Source: Glaucostegus cemiculus (lineage: Eukaryota). From it: DNA of 64,000 nt. The stretch is from NCBI GenBank assembly GCA_976551045.1, contig CDPCPM010000367.1, positions 1,674,001-1,738,000 of the forward strand, given 5' to 3'. Of the stretch, positions 1 through 12,939 are shown piece after piece. Below the pieces are notes generated by a model. It saw only the letters and a list, made by a program, of their open reading frames with translations, was not told where the DNA came from and did no database searches. Made by a program: the position numbers and the translations under genes. Numbering within the stretch: the first letter of the stretch is position 1; each line of letters opens with the position of its first letter.

Positions 1-249
1 GTGCCTGGAAGTACTAAATACCTGCAGGCTTGTTGCCATGTGCTTTTTGGAGTACCACTTGGGTAAAGTTTGAGGTTATTCCTTTTCAAGTCTCGAGGCA
101 GCTTTTGAAGTTCACTCGGATTGGTGTTACAGAAGGAAGGATGATGGATCCTGAACAAGTTTTGGAAGATCATCAGTGCTGGCAGACATGAGTGGCCCTT
201 CCTCTAGGAGGACAGGGCAATAGGGGGAGTGATGAGTAGGTGACCAGAG

Positions 250-697
250 CAGCGTAACCCACCAGCAGAGGGAGTGGGAGGGGCGAGGTGCCCTATGTAG
301 CAAATGATTTTCCTTTGTGCACCTCAGTGAGGAACAATGCCCCAACAGAGTCTGCTGCACTCAGGAAATCTAGACAGAAATGTGCTACAAATGCAACAGC
401 AGAGCAGGGCTGGGGTCATTTTGTCAATGGTTGATAAGATCATAGTAACCATCATCTCTCATGCTCTGTCTTTCAAGACTGGAGCACATCTGCTGTGCCT
501 CACTATTTGCAGCACATCATTCCCTAGGGAAGTTCACAGATGCTCCATACCCCAGGAGAGCAGAATTCTTCTCCTTCTCCTGCAGCAGAAAGCAGCAGGC
601 ACCATGACTACTTGGATTTGCCAAGCTGCAAGCTTCCAGATTGCACAGGGTGCCATTGACAGTGCTCACACAGGGTGTTGTGTTGAATCCTGGGATG
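250..697 (+). mobile_element. Degenerate PIF/Harbinger (HARBI1-like) DDE transposase, N-terminal part
   Basis: Reading across stops and frameshifts gives FSFVHLSEEQC...QQSRAGVILSMVDKIIVTI...SFKTGA...GFAK.ASFQIAQGAIDSAH. The last block matches the Harbinger GFPxVxGAIDCTH first catalytic Asp motif. Confidence 0.75.
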
Positions 698-1203
698 TAT
701 TGGTATTGGTTTACTATTGTCACTTGTACAGAGGTACAGTGAAAAACTTGCCTTACATACCATTCATACAGATCAATTCATTACACAGTGCATTGAGGTA
801 GTGCAGGGTGAGAACAATAACATACTACAGAGGTGTCACAGCTACAGGGAAGTGCATTGCAAATAGACAATAAGATGCAAGATCAAACAAGTCCTTCTCA
901 TTGTATAAGGGAACCGTTCAATAGTCTTATCACCTTGGGGTAGAAGCTGTCCTTAAGCCTGCTGGTATGCACCCTCAGACTCCTATATCTTCTGCCTGAT
1001 GGAAGAGAAAGTGACCTGGGTGGGTGGGGTCTTTGATTATGCAGGCTGCTTCACCAAGGCAGCGAGAAAGAGAGAGAGACAGAGTCCATGGAGGGGAGGC
1101 TGGTGTCCGTGATGTGCTGGGTTGTGTCCATAACTCTCTGCAGTTTCTTACGCCCTGGGCAGAGCAATTGCCATACCAAGCCGTGATGCATCCAGATAGG
1201 ATG
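698..1203 (-). mobile_element. Rex1/Babar-type LINE 3' fragment inserted into the Harbinger transposase
   Basis: ORF 975-1226 has CITAWYGNCSA...SRCLGEAACIIKDPTHPGH. The 3' UTR and (CCAATA)n tail match the copies at 12940-13507 and 37613-37918. Confidence 0.9.
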
Positions 1204-1224
1204 AAAGGCTCATACTCAAAGTTC

Positions 1225-1300
1225 ATGAAGGTTTACAAACCACCAGCCTGTGCAAAGGAGGAGGTGAAGGAGGAAGAAGAAGAGGAAAGGATGCAGAGTT
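1225..1300 (+). mobile_element. Probable acidic C-terminal tail of the Harbinger transposase
   Basis: PPACAKEEVKEEEEEER follows the LINE insertion directly, on the same strand as 250-697. Confidence 0.45.
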
Positions 1301-1479
1301 GACTGTTCCTTTCTGGTTAGCTGGATAAAGAACAACTGATTGGACTGTGTTTTCAAAACTAAAACCCAATTCCTCATTCCATGATTCCAAATTACCTTCT
1401 TCCTGTTGGTATGTATCACAGCAACCATTAATTATGATGAGAAAATGGGAAACAACATCCTCCAGCTTTTACAAGAATT

Positions 1480-2340
1480 ATAGAAGATGGACTTTCACTC
1501 TTGTGCGTTCCATCAGTGCACATCTTCCACTTGCCTTCAGTTGTGCAAGTGCCCCCATGTAATGCTACCCAGCGGCTGCCATACATCTGCTGGAAGGCAC
1601 TGGCTTTCAGCTGGAGAGGCTGCACAAAGGCTGGAGGGCAACCTTGAAATTGTTTGGCCCCAGAAGGCCTGGCTTCAGACGGCACCCTTTTACCATGAGC
1701 GGAGGTACTGTGGACTAGCCAACTGCCTGGCAACAATGAGGTGGATATGTGCTGGGAAGAGATTGAAATGCTGTCAGCCTGAGAAAAGGGAGTAGATCTG
1801 CGCTGCGTGGGGCTATTGCACTTCACTCCAGCAATGCTGGGACTCCGCTGGAAGGGGGATTGTTGAATGAGGGGTTTCCTCACAGGAATTATAACAGCCC
1901 GAGCTTGACCTCCCGCCAGGTCTGCCAGAGAAGCTGAAGTGACATGATGGTTGGATGGTGTTGAAACGGACCTGGTCCCAACCTCCATGGCGGGAAGGAT
2001 GAACTCCTGGCACTGCACAAGCTCCAACGCTTTCAAGCAGTTCTTTTCTCATATCTATCGCCAACCTTCTCCTTTCAAATCCTCATCCACATCCTCCCAG
2101 CAGAATTCATGGGGGGTGGTGGGGGGGTGGGGGGGCCTTACCCTCTGTGGAGCTGGCATGTACCCTGGCCTGGTTGCAGGCCATTCATCCCCAGTTACCC
2201 GCCCTATACAGATGCCACCCCGCAGCTGAGTTCTACACCTGGGATCTGAAATCCTTTGTTCTGTACCGGCTATAGCTGAATCATTCCTCAAGTGAGGAGA
2301 GTCTAGGTGACCAGACCTATCCTTTGACAGCGTTGCTGGT
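1480..2340 (-). mobile_element. Degenerate Harbinger ORF2 (Myb/SANT partner, low-complexity C-terminal part), convergent with the transposase
   Basis: Pro/Ser-rich ORFs 1428-2036, 1813-2064 and 2055-2291 (EDVDEDLKGEGWR, IDMRKELL, SEARPS). Convergent position next to the transposase. Similar peptide at 41510-41745. Confidence 0.55.
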
Positions 2341-4519
2341 TACTCCAGCACTGTAACCTACCTACACAAGCAGAATATCCGCAGTGAAAACCGATCTTCC
2401 AGATGACATCTGACAGAGCAAACCTCTATTAGATTAAAAAGTAACACTTTCACATGCTGTCTACTCTGAAGTATTCTGTAGAGTGGGATTCAAGACTTGA
2501 AGTATACTGCCTGCCGAGTATTCATAAGTCAAATCATGTCACATTGCACATAAAAATAAACTGTTCACCTTTGTGCATTCCATTAGTTCCTGCCACTCGT
2601 ATAAAGTGCACCCCTGTGGTTACTGTATGGCTGATGGGAGAGAGAAGTGATCTTCAATAAGGGCAACACAGAAGCCTTGGAATGTAACCTTCAAGCAGCG
2701 CTAGAGTGGGGATCGAAGGCCTTGTCTGCAGACTGTCCCTTGTACAAATGCCTGGCGGTAGTCTGGGCTGGGGGGGTGGGCAGGCAACAACAGTGACTTC
2801 GGAGAAATGAATGGGAGGACAAGCAGGATCTTCCTGAGAAGGGAGAGCAGCTCTGATCCCCATGAAGCTACTGCCACTCCTACAGAGAATTGCCTAAGCA
2901 GACCTCATAACCCTTTGAAGGGGAGATTTATAATCTGCCTGCAAGCCCCATTACAGGCTGTTATCCAAACCCATTGAGATCCCTGTGCCATTATTTTGGA
3001 TTTTATTGAATTTAGCTCCCAAGATATTTTGTTGAGGCATACCATTGTGTTGAGAATGTCATGCCCCAACATTGGCTGACAGTAAAATTTAATACTTAGA
3101 ATATTTAACCTTGCTAAAGGATAAAAGGGCAGAATAAAACCAGCTATCTGATATACAACCTGGCTTTATTAACTTCAGTAGAAGTGTGTACTGCCCACTT
3201 TGCATCCCCTCCACTGTTTAGCTTGACCTCAGCTCAGTCCTGCAGCAGACAGTCATTTAATGCAAGGAAGGAAAATTTCTTCTCCGACTTCCTCCACAAT
3301 CAGTTAGTTTCCCAGCATCTGGTTCCCTTCATATTTCATTCCAAGATGAAAATGCACAGCATGAGGTACTGCAAACCCAAACAAAAGTACCTATTGACCA
3401 TTATCCTTGGCTTCCAGCACTACACCAATAACTTTCTGCTTCCTCTTGTATCCCACAGGCTTCAAATTCATTGATCTGTCATGTGGGAGTTTAACAAAAA
3501 AAATGTGTACACTGCAATACATCTACGCAGACTGTATAAGCTCAAACTAATTTAAAAGGAAGTGTGGGTGGGAATGAATACTGGCCTATTACTTGTAAAA
3601 GAAGGTTCTTCACCAATGTACAGCAGGAATCAGTTCCTGTCCTGTGATTCACTGATCTCTGCCATCCTAATGAAATTGTACACCAGTAGCATGCAGTGCA
3701 ATTTCAGAACTTATGATATCTTTATAGTACAGACATTCAAAAAAACTAATCCTGTCCCACTTTAGCTGTCATGTTACTTAATATTTTTCCAATTCAATGC
3801 TGATGAATGCTAGTTCAGCACACTAACTCTGCCTCGGATGTGCAGTTAAATCACATTTGCTTTTATTCCTTTGATACAATGCTTTAAGATTCTCCTGAAT
3901 CTTTTTTTTAAATCAACAGAACTTTTTGAAACCAGGATTGACTCCCTGTCAATTTTTAATCAATGGAAGTTTACTAATTACACATGTGCTTATTTAGGGG
4001 TAACTGTATTGTTTTTTTCAAATGTAAACGGCCAACCTCTTTAAATTCTGATAGGTTAATTCTCTCCTATCAACTGAGCCTCAACCAAGACCCTGTCAGG
4101 TACAGAGCCAAGCTACACTGCCTTGACCTTTGCAGCAGAGTTCTGATTCACCTGGAGATTTGATGGATGGACAAAAAGACTTTTCCACAAAATTTCGACA
4201 CAAGTTGTTTGAATATGGTGGCTTACCCAATGCCTTTAATTTTTGCAGACCCAGTTGATACAAGTATTTTGAGCACAGTATGCAGCCAAATTGATGTCTG
4301 CTACATATGCAATTGAAAGCAGGGAAGAAGTGATCTAACCAGTGATTAAGTGTCTGTAAAATTAATGAGACTTCAATGCAGTACTTACAAAGGCAAGAAC
4401 ACTTGAAGCAGCTGAACAAGGGAAGCAGGAGGTTAGGTCAGTAATGATAGGAATTGGTAGACTATTTGTGGTTTCCATGTTTGTGGTCAATTATTTTTAT
4501 ACTTCTTGCTTATTGCAAC

Positions 4520-4815
4520 ATGGAGTTCATTTAGCTCTTGTGCCCATGGCAGATCCTGGCAGAGTAAATCCATTAGTCCCATTCCCCCTCTTACTTCCCT
4601 GTTATCTGTTCTCTCACATTCCCATCTTCTACCTCAGGGGCAATTTTCAGTAGCCACTTAACCTATGAGCATGTCTCTGGAATGTGGAAGGAAACAGTAG
4701 CACCCAGCAGAAACCTACACGGTCACAAGGCAATTTCAGGAAGTCCACACAGACAGCACCTAAGGTACAGATCAAACTGGGGTCATTGGAACCATGAGAC
4801 AGCAACTCTAATAGC
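4520..4815 (-). mobile_element. Old V-SINE copy
   Basis: Diverged GGAATGTGG-AGGAAAC...CACCC...GAAACC core and head, like the younger copies. Confidence 0.7.
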
Positions 4816-5065
4816 TGCATCACTAATGAAATTTAACAAAGTGCCTACCACAGTTAGATTGCCAAGTTGTTTTTTACTTATAATGGTGAAATGTCCAATT
4901 AGCTATAGAAACATGGAACGTATTATTACTGTTGCATCATGATGTTTTTGTTGATTCCACTTACTGCTTTCACAATATCACCCTCCGACAATATTTTGAC
5001 TGACAGCCATAAAACCACTGTATTTTCCCTAATTAATTAAATTAGAGAGGACATTTTTGACCCAC

Positions 5066-5722
5066 GTGTGTTCTGTGCTGATATCATTGAGAGCATCCTA
5101 ACTCAATGTATCACTGTTTGGTTTGGAAGCTGCTCAGCTGCTGGGCGGAAGTCCCTCCAGAAGATAGTTAAGGCTGCGGAGTGGATCATAGGTGTCTCGC
5201 TTCCATCCCTCGCAGATATAGACAAACACCGTTGTGTGAGGAAGACCAAAAGCATAATGGCCGACCCTTCCCACCCCTCCCACCACCTCTTTACAATTTT
5301 GCCATCAGGGAGGAGGCTTAAATGTATCAGGGCAAGAACGACCAGGCTGAACAATAGCTTCTTTCCGCAAGCCATCAGAACTGCAAACTCTCTCATCCCT
5401 TCTTCTTCCTTTGTTAACACTAAGAGATGCTAGGTGCACAGAAATGCACCAGCACTTTAAATGCCCGACACCAGCCCGTTCACTTTAATAACTATTTATT
5501 TATTTACCGGCCATTTTTAATTTAATCTGCATACTAATTTAATTTTAACTTCCGTAGTTTTTAATGTTTAATGTTTTTTAATGTTTATTCTGTCAAGTGT
5601 GTATGTGTGTCTCTGTTGGTTGTTATTTTATGGGACGAGCACCTGAGGAGGACGGTATCTCGTTCCTATGCATACTATGTATGTATATGGTTGTGACAAT
5701 AAAACTGATTCTGATTCTGACT
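5066..5722 (+). mobile_element. Young Rex1/Babar LINE 3' fragment
   Basis: ORF 5068-5433 reads IIESILTQCITVWFG...DPSHPSHHLF.ILPSGRR...TTRLNNSFFP. AT-rich 3' UTR ends in AATAAA plus (ATTCTG)n. Near-identical copy at 53284-53722. Confidence 0.92.
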
Positions 5723-5809
5723 CTGAGCTGATACCCATTTGATGATACAAACTTGAATTCTCCTGAAGCTCACTGACACATTGAAGTTCTGGCTCACAGT
5801 TTGGGTAGA

Positions 5810-6090
5810 GTTGAAGAAGAAGTAGAAATAGGAGTGGGCCATTCAACACCTTGGGCCTGTTTACCATTCAAAAAAATGGTGACTGACCTTTTACCTCAGC
5901 ACCACTTCATTGCACTGTTCCTATATCCCTTGATTTCCTGAATATCCAAAAGCATATTGAACATACACAGCAATTGGACCTTCACAGCCTTCCTGAGTAA
6001 GGAATTCTGAAGAATCATCACCTATTGGATGAAGAAATTTCTCACATCTCTATCCTGAATAAATGATTCCATGTTTTCAGACTAAAATTC
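5810..6090 (-). mobile_element. Old CR1 3' end
   Basis: AGGAGTGGGCCCATTC...GAAGAAATTTCTC resembles the reverse complement of the CR1 3' end at 37320-37610. Confidence 0.65.
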
Positions 6091-7004
6091 TGAAGAAGCT
6101 ATTCATACCAACTAAAACAGGATGCTGTTGAAACTTAACTATCTATTTCCTCTCTGAAATCCTGTGGTTTGGCTGTCAAAAAAATAATCACTAGTCAATC
6201 TGTAGGCAACCACCATGGCAAATAAACATATAAAACCACCAAATCTCATTTGTCTCCAATAACCTTTGAAAGTGATAAACATCAGAATAATCATCATTCC
6301 CTTAACGACAATGACCTGGTTCATTAAGCTGTATGTGCAACATTTAAATAGGATAGAGATGGCACAATAAAAGTCAGGGGTGGAATTATATCAATCAAGT
6401 TGTCAGGGGTGTGATTTTCATATCATAAAATAAGGAGAGTTGAGGGCAAACTCTGACAACTTGTAAAGAGCTGTGGACAGAATTGAACACATTCCCTGGA
6501 TGAGTCATATTCTAAAGTTAAAGGGTAAGTAAAATTTAAAGTTAAAGAGCATTTTGCAAAAAAACTCCAAAAGGAGTGATTGCCTGTACATATGGGGACA
6601 AGCCTTTTCAAGTGATCACCAAGGTGATTTATGTTCAGAACATGGTTAGAGAGAAATATGTTTGAGTTAAAGTTACAGTTACATTTAAGGATTGAAGCTG
6701 TGTAAGGTCGTTTGAGAACAAAGGTCATATCAGTGCCGAGCATATTGTATTATTCTGCAGCATATAATTTTGGTAGTTTCTTATAATATCTTGTCTTATA
6801 TTTTTTTCTGTACTTGTATTTATATCATTTATCTGTTGGATTTGTTTAGCTTTAAATCAACTTTTAAAAGCATTGTAGGTTGTGCTGTTGTCCATGTAAA
6901 GGCTTGTTTTATTGCACCGGATGAATTCAAACAGAATGTAAGAGACAACTACCTACACTAATTTGCTTAATTTCTCCTCAAAGGGCAACTCACAGCACAG
7001 CCCC

Positions 7005-8055
7005 CTCTCCCCATTCCAAGAATTAGTCTAGTAAATCTTCATTGCACTCCTACAATTGCAGATATATCCTTCCTTAGAAAGGGAGACCAGGCCTGTTTAT
7101 GATATTCCTGGTGTGGTCTTGCTAGAGCCCTATACAATGAAGACATCTTTACTCTCGTACTCAAATCCTTTTGCAATAAAGGCCAATATGCTCTTAACTG
7201 TTTGCTGAAACTGTGTGTTAACTTCTCCTAAATCATGTTCAAGAAGACCCAGGTCTCTCTGAATACCAACAGTTGTCAATCTCTCACCCTTTAAAAAACA
7301 CTTTGTTTCTTTTCTTTCAGTTTGGATGATGTCACATTTAAGATATAAGATATTTATTCATTAGTCACATGTACATCAAAACACACAGTGAAATGCATCT
7401 TTTTGCATTACTGAGAAGGTGCTGGGGGGCAGCCCACCAGTGTCGCTACTCTTCCGGCGCCAACATAGCATGCCCACAACTTCCTAACCCATACATCTTT
7501 GGAATGTGGGAGGAAACTGGAGCACCCAGAAACTGGAAATCCACACAGACACAGGGAGAACGTACAAACTCCTTACAGACAGCAGTGGGAATTGAACCTG
7601 GGTACATTCCATCTACCACGTTCTCTTCCATTCACTTGGCCTGTCTACATCTTCCAAAGCCTCTCAACCCACCCAACCACCCAGCTCGATCCCCTCATCC
7701 AGATCAGTGATGTAGATGGTGAACAGCTGGGACCTCAGAACTGATCCCTGCAGCACTCACTAATCACATCCTCCCATCTCAAAAACAACCTGTATATTTC
7801 TGCTCTCCATGTTCTGTCTATTAACCACCGTGATTCCTTCTGAAAGTCCAAGTACTCCACATCCTCTTCATCCATTCTGCTAGTTACAACCCCAAAAAGA
7901 CACCATTGGATTTGTTAAACATGATTTTCCTTTCATAAATCTATGCAGATTCTATCCAATCCTGTTATTATATTCTAAGTGCCTATTACCACTTCCTTAA
8001 TAATTAATTCTAGCATTTTTTCTGCTACTAATATCAAGCTAACTGACCTATAGCA
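7005..8055 (-). mobile_element. Old CR1 RT fragment, interrupted by a SINE
   Basis: Antisense CR1 RT motifs (YR.L.RP, SG.PQGSVL, QH.F.KGKSCLTN). Confidence 0.75.
7341..7601 (-). mobile_element. V-SINE (Rex-like tail family)
   Basis: tRNA B-box-like GGTTCAATTCC, core GTTTGTACGTTCTCCC...GGTTTCCTCCCACATTCC, tail TTTCACTGTGTG...GTACATGTGACTAAT. Confidence 0.9.
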
Positions 8056-8067
8056 GCCGTTTATCTT

Positions 8068-8481
8068 GGAAACCAGCCTCCCCTCCACTGACGCTGTCTG
8101 CACTTCCTGCTGCCTCGGGAAAACAGCCAACATATTCAAAGACCACTCCCACCCTGGTCATTCTCTCTTCTCCCCCCTCCTATTGAGCAGAAGATAAAAA
8201 AGCTTGAAAACATCAGGCTCAAGGGCAGCTTCTATTCTCATTGTTATCAGAATCTTGAATGAACCTCTTATACGATAAACATGATCTCTCAATCTACCTC
8301 ATCGTGGCCCTTGCACTTTACCTGCCTTCACTGCACTTTCCCTGTAACTGTAACACTATATTCTGTTTTTTTTCTTTTGTACCACCTGAATGTACTGATG
8401 TATGGAATGATCTGTCTGGATGACATACAAAGAAAAGCTTTTCACTGTATCTCGGTACATGCGACAGTAATAAGCCAATTA
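8068..8481 (+). mobile_element. Rex1/Babar 3' fragment
   Basis: KDHSHPGHSLFSPL motif and a 3' UTR ending TTCACTGTATCTCGGTACATGCGACAGTAATAA. Confidence 0.85.
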
Positions 8482-9454
8482 TGATTTTCTCTCCTACATT
8501 TTGGGGTTACATTTGCTCCTTTTCAATCTGTGCAAACCATAAAGGAATCTATGCTAAGTTTGGAACATGACAAGAATGCATCCATTGAGTGAAATCCATT
8601 TGGGTTCATACTAAATTCACTGAGGTGGAAGGATAGAGTGCCAGCTCAGGTGCTGTCAGTCCTTTTTATCACATTTTAAATCGAATAAATCCTAAAATGG
8701 AACAATGGTCCATCGTGGTGAAGTGACTGAGGATGATGATGTATAATGCAGCAACACAAGGTATCCTCTGAGAAGAGAAGCTGGAAACACTAAGCCTTCA
8801 CTGAGCATTTACAGTGCAGTGCATTTAAAACTACTGATTGATAAAGCAAATATCCAAAAACTCATTCCTTCTTTCCTTTCCCCAAATTAGTTGCGGTGAC
8901 TCTTTTCGCAAGATGTTTTCATGTGGTATTATGGTAGAAGTTATATTTATGCTATTAAAACTGTAAAATATAGCTACCGTTGAAGCATTTTACTCACAAT
9001 TAAATTCTAAAAGCCTTTTTTTATTAAAATTTACATCACCACCTTTCTAAAATAATAAAATGTACATAATTAGATACACAGATCCCATCTATCAGTTTAT
9101 ATTGGTAACGCAAATATTATGACTTAATTACTCCAAGAGGTACACATCACAAATATACAACATAATCCTGATAATACTTAACAAAAATTTGCACTGAAAG
9201 GTTTGTGTTTTCCATTTTTCGCATTTTAAAACTACAAATCAATTTTCATGAACAAATCCTTTTGTAGGTTTTTTGAGAGAGCTTTTCACCTGGCTTATTT
9301 AAATTGAAACAATTGACAGCAACACTGTTAGTTTCTTAGTTTGAGAGCGTTTATTTGATGCTGTGTATCAGTACAACACCCACTGTCCTGCAGTAAATAA
9401 CACTGTTATCTTTTCCTTTCCTCCTACAGAAAATTTTAATGTTGCATTTCAATG

Positions 9455-10120
9455 CAACACACAAGGAGCTGGAGGAACCCAATGGGTCCAGGCAGCATCT
9501 GTGGAGGAAAATGGACAGTTGACATTTTGGGTCTGGACCCTTCATCAGGACTGGAAAGAAAGAGGGCAGATAGCGAGTATAAAAAGGAGGGGGGAAGAGG
9601 TGGAGCAAGAGCTGGTGTGTGATAAGTGGATCTGGATGAGGGGGGTGATCAACAGGTCGGGTGAGGGGTGGTGGAGCAGAGTCAGAAGCTGGGAGGTGTT
9701 AGGTGGATGTGACAAAGGACTAAAGCAGATGAAATCTGATAGGAGAGGACAGTGGACCATGGTATAAAGGGAAAGAGACGAGGCGGGGAACTGGAGGGTG
9801 GATGGGCAGATCAAGAGGGCAGGGGGAGGTGAAAGAGAAGGGGTGATGGGGCCAGTGGGATAAGGGGAAAGAAAGGGACAAAGGGGAGTGGTTACCAGAA
9901 GTTAGAGAAATCAATGTCAGGGTGTCAGTTTGGAGACTACCAAGGCGGAATATGAGGTGCTGTTGCACTAATCTGCATGTCACATCAATTTGGCAGGAGG
10001 AAGAGGCCATGGGCAACACGTCAGTTTGGGAATGGGAAGTGGAATTAAAATGGCTGGTCATCCAGCTGGTGTGTCAGATGGAAGAAAGGTGCTCGATAGA
10101 GCAATTCCCTCAATCTGTGT
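9455..10120 (-). mobile_element. Penelope-like element 3' part (GIY-YIG C-terminus plus terminal repeat with hammerhead-like motif)
   Basis: ORF 9720-10061 SHFNSTSHS...QQHLIFRLGSLQ. Minus-strand CAGTC-CTGATGA-AGGGTCCAGACCC-AAAATGTC at about 9516-9553. Confidence 0.85.
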
Positions 10121-10462
10121 CATCTCATCTGAGATGTCCTCCTTTTTCAGAAAATGGAGCTTCACCCCTGCTGTTACCAAAGGAGCCCTCACCTGCACCT
10201 CTTCTATTTCCCTTACATCTGCCCTCGCTCCATCCCCCATCAGACATAACAGGGACATAGCTCCCTTGGTTGTCACCTACCACCCTACGAGCCTAGGCAT
10301 ACAACATATCATTCTCCGCAACTTCTGCCATCTCCAATGGGATCCACCAGCAGGCACATCTCCCCCTCCCCTCCCACAGGGATCGCTCTCTCCGTGACTC
10401 CCTTGTTCACTCGTCCCTCCCGACCGATACCACTCTTATCCCTGCAACCGCGCAAAGTGTTA
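10121..10462 (+). mobile_element. Penelope-like RT/GIY-YIG linker fragment, inverted relative to the adjacent piece
   Basis: SEMSSFF...PLVVTYHPTSLGIQHIILRNFCHLQWDP in ORF 9990-10397. Confidence 0.8.
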
Positions 10463-11279
10463 AACTGTTGCATTTCAATGACATTTTGATCAGAAAAATG
10501 ACAGAGGCAATTTGCGTCAGGTATGTGTGCTCAAAACATGTAAGAGTACAATATATAGTAGTTGCCACTAAGATAGAATAAAGTCTACATCCTGAAACTT
10601 TGAGTGTTGTATTGTGTTGGGGTTTAGAAAGAGAAAGGTTAGAAAGAGAAGAACTGAGCCTGTGCCTGATGGGGATGGGAAAGAAGGCTTAGGGCTGAAG
10701 ATCGTGGAGAAGAAGTGGGATGAGGACAGAGATCAAGATATCCATCAGAGTAAAAGAGGGTTAGGGCCTATTCCTCAGGGAGTTAGGATTCAGATCAGGG
10801 ATGGGGGTGTTTGCGAGGGAACCACAGTAAGTGAATGAAAGGGTGAAGCACATGACTGCCAGAAGGTTGCCAGGTAACTAAATTCACTGACAGGGGTCCA
10901 AGTCCTATAACACGTCGGAAAGTCCAGAGTGCGCAGAGCACCATGGCCTAAATTTCCTCAAAATTCCCAAAAGGAGCATTGAAGGGGAAAAATGTCATCC
11001 CATCAGCCCTTAACCTGGAAGTCGCCCTGGATGGCAAAGTTGACTCATTCCACAAACTCCAGGTCAAATTCCAGAGAGACCTGAACCAACTCAGAAATGG
11101 CCATTATCATGTTTTACTCTGGATAAAAATATCAAAAATAATGTTATGTATTTAAATTTCAAGCCTGTTTTCTACAATTGCATATTCTCACAAATATTCT
11201 TTTAACTTTTAAAAACCCAGCATCGTTCACATCCTTCCATATAAACTCCTGCCTCCCCAACCTCCTTCCTGCCTCTGTT

Positions 11280-11442
11280 TTAGAGTCATGCAGCATGGAA
11301 ACAGGCCCTTCGGCCCAACTGGTCCATGCCAACCAAGATTCTCATCTCAGCTCGTCCCATTTGCCCATGTTTTGTCCATATCCCTCTAAACCTTTCCTAT
11401 CCATGTACCTGTCCAAGTACCTTTTAAATATTGTTGTTGTAT
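11280..11442 (-). mobile_element. CR1 3' tail
   Basis: Matches the CR1 tail at 44290-44460 (GCATGGAAACAGGCCCTTC.GCCCAACTGGTCCATGCC). Confidence 0.8.
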
Positions 11443-11444
11443 CT

Positions 11445-11602
11445 TGTGGTAAGACTATTCAACGGTTCCCTTATACGATGAGATGGACCCTTGACCTCAC
11501 AATCTAACTTGTTATGACTTTGCTCCTTATTGTCTGCCTGCAATGCACTTCCCTGTAGCTGTAACACTTTACTCTGTATTCTGTTATTGTTTTTACCCTG
11601 TT
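11445..11602 (+). mobile_element. Rex1/Babar 3' UTR fragment
   Basis: Matches 13255-13410 and 37640-37780. Confidence 0.8.
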
Positions 11603-12939
11603 TTAATTAACACCAACACATCTACACCAGCTCATAACTGATTGGAAACCTTTGGACCAAATTTGCAATGCAAGTGCGAGGACAAAAATCAACTGCAGCA
11701 CAATGTATTCTATTATTAGCAATTAGTTCACAAGCAGCTCAAACTGCAAAAGGCGAGGGCTGGCTTGGCAGCTATCAGCCACGTGAATCACTCCCCTCAG
11801 GAGAGGCATGTAATCATTTGTTATACAATGCTCCAAATTACTCTTAAAATAAACAGGAAAGGGAGCCAAGAGCAGTATAATTCATTAATATATTTGCTTT
11901 CTCAATGCCGGTGTTGCCTTTTTCCATCCTGATGCTTCGCATGCTAACAAGTTGAGAACAATCACAAAGCAAGGACAGCAGTGTATCACCTAGCACAGTA
12001 ATTTTATAAACTCTTTTTCTGAATATCTCAAAATACTGATAGTTCCAAACATGCCCATGTAACGACTGTGATTAAGACACCCTATTAAATGTTAGCCATG
12101 AGGAATGAACTTACTAAGTAGGGAATAAAGGATAATAATTTACAGCTTGGTGATTTAGGCTCCCAGGAGCGTCTGCTCGGAGATCCTATGAGACAGGATG
12201 ACAGACAGAGACTGCGGTGAAGTGACTACGCTCCACAGACCCATCAACATCCATCGCTGGATTATTAAAATGCACTTGGGGTTGCAACGGCATTAATAGC
12301 TCAATGTTGAAAATTCAGCTGTTTTTAAAACCTCACAAGGGACCGTGAAATCCCATCTTTCTTTTGAGAGATTAGTCTGAACACCTGAAACTGTTGTCTG
12401 TCTCAGCAGAGAAACAAATTTGGGGAAACAGCCAGAGACTCGCTGAAGTGAAAAATCAAAAAATTGCACATGGCTTCCAGGGGTCCTTTGACTGCCAATT
12501 AAACCGAGCACTTGTACTTTTCCTCTTATAATTGCTATCTTCTTCCAATTCAGTGCTGCTTCAGAAGACAGAGCCTGCTGTGACCTCATGTCAGAGCATT
12601 ATGGCTTTTATCACTGTTCATTAAGCTATTTGGTTATGGTGCTTAAAAAAATATAAACTTTAGCCTCAACTATTTATTGTAGAACTTTAAAAACAATCCC
12701 GGGTTACTACTTTTCAAAATCCTGACCAACTCTGCATGCACATTGTTTCCAAGAGTATTTTACCGAGGAGTTCATTGGTGTTTTTCAGCATTATCCAATT
12801 GAAAATTGTTTTTTTTAATGGAGTGGGACATGACAACAACCATTTCCAGATCATTTTGTTCCACTCTGGTAGCTCAGACAAGCACTTTTGGGCATCAGTC
12901 AACCCTATTCCCTTAACCTCGACAACAGGATGCACATGA

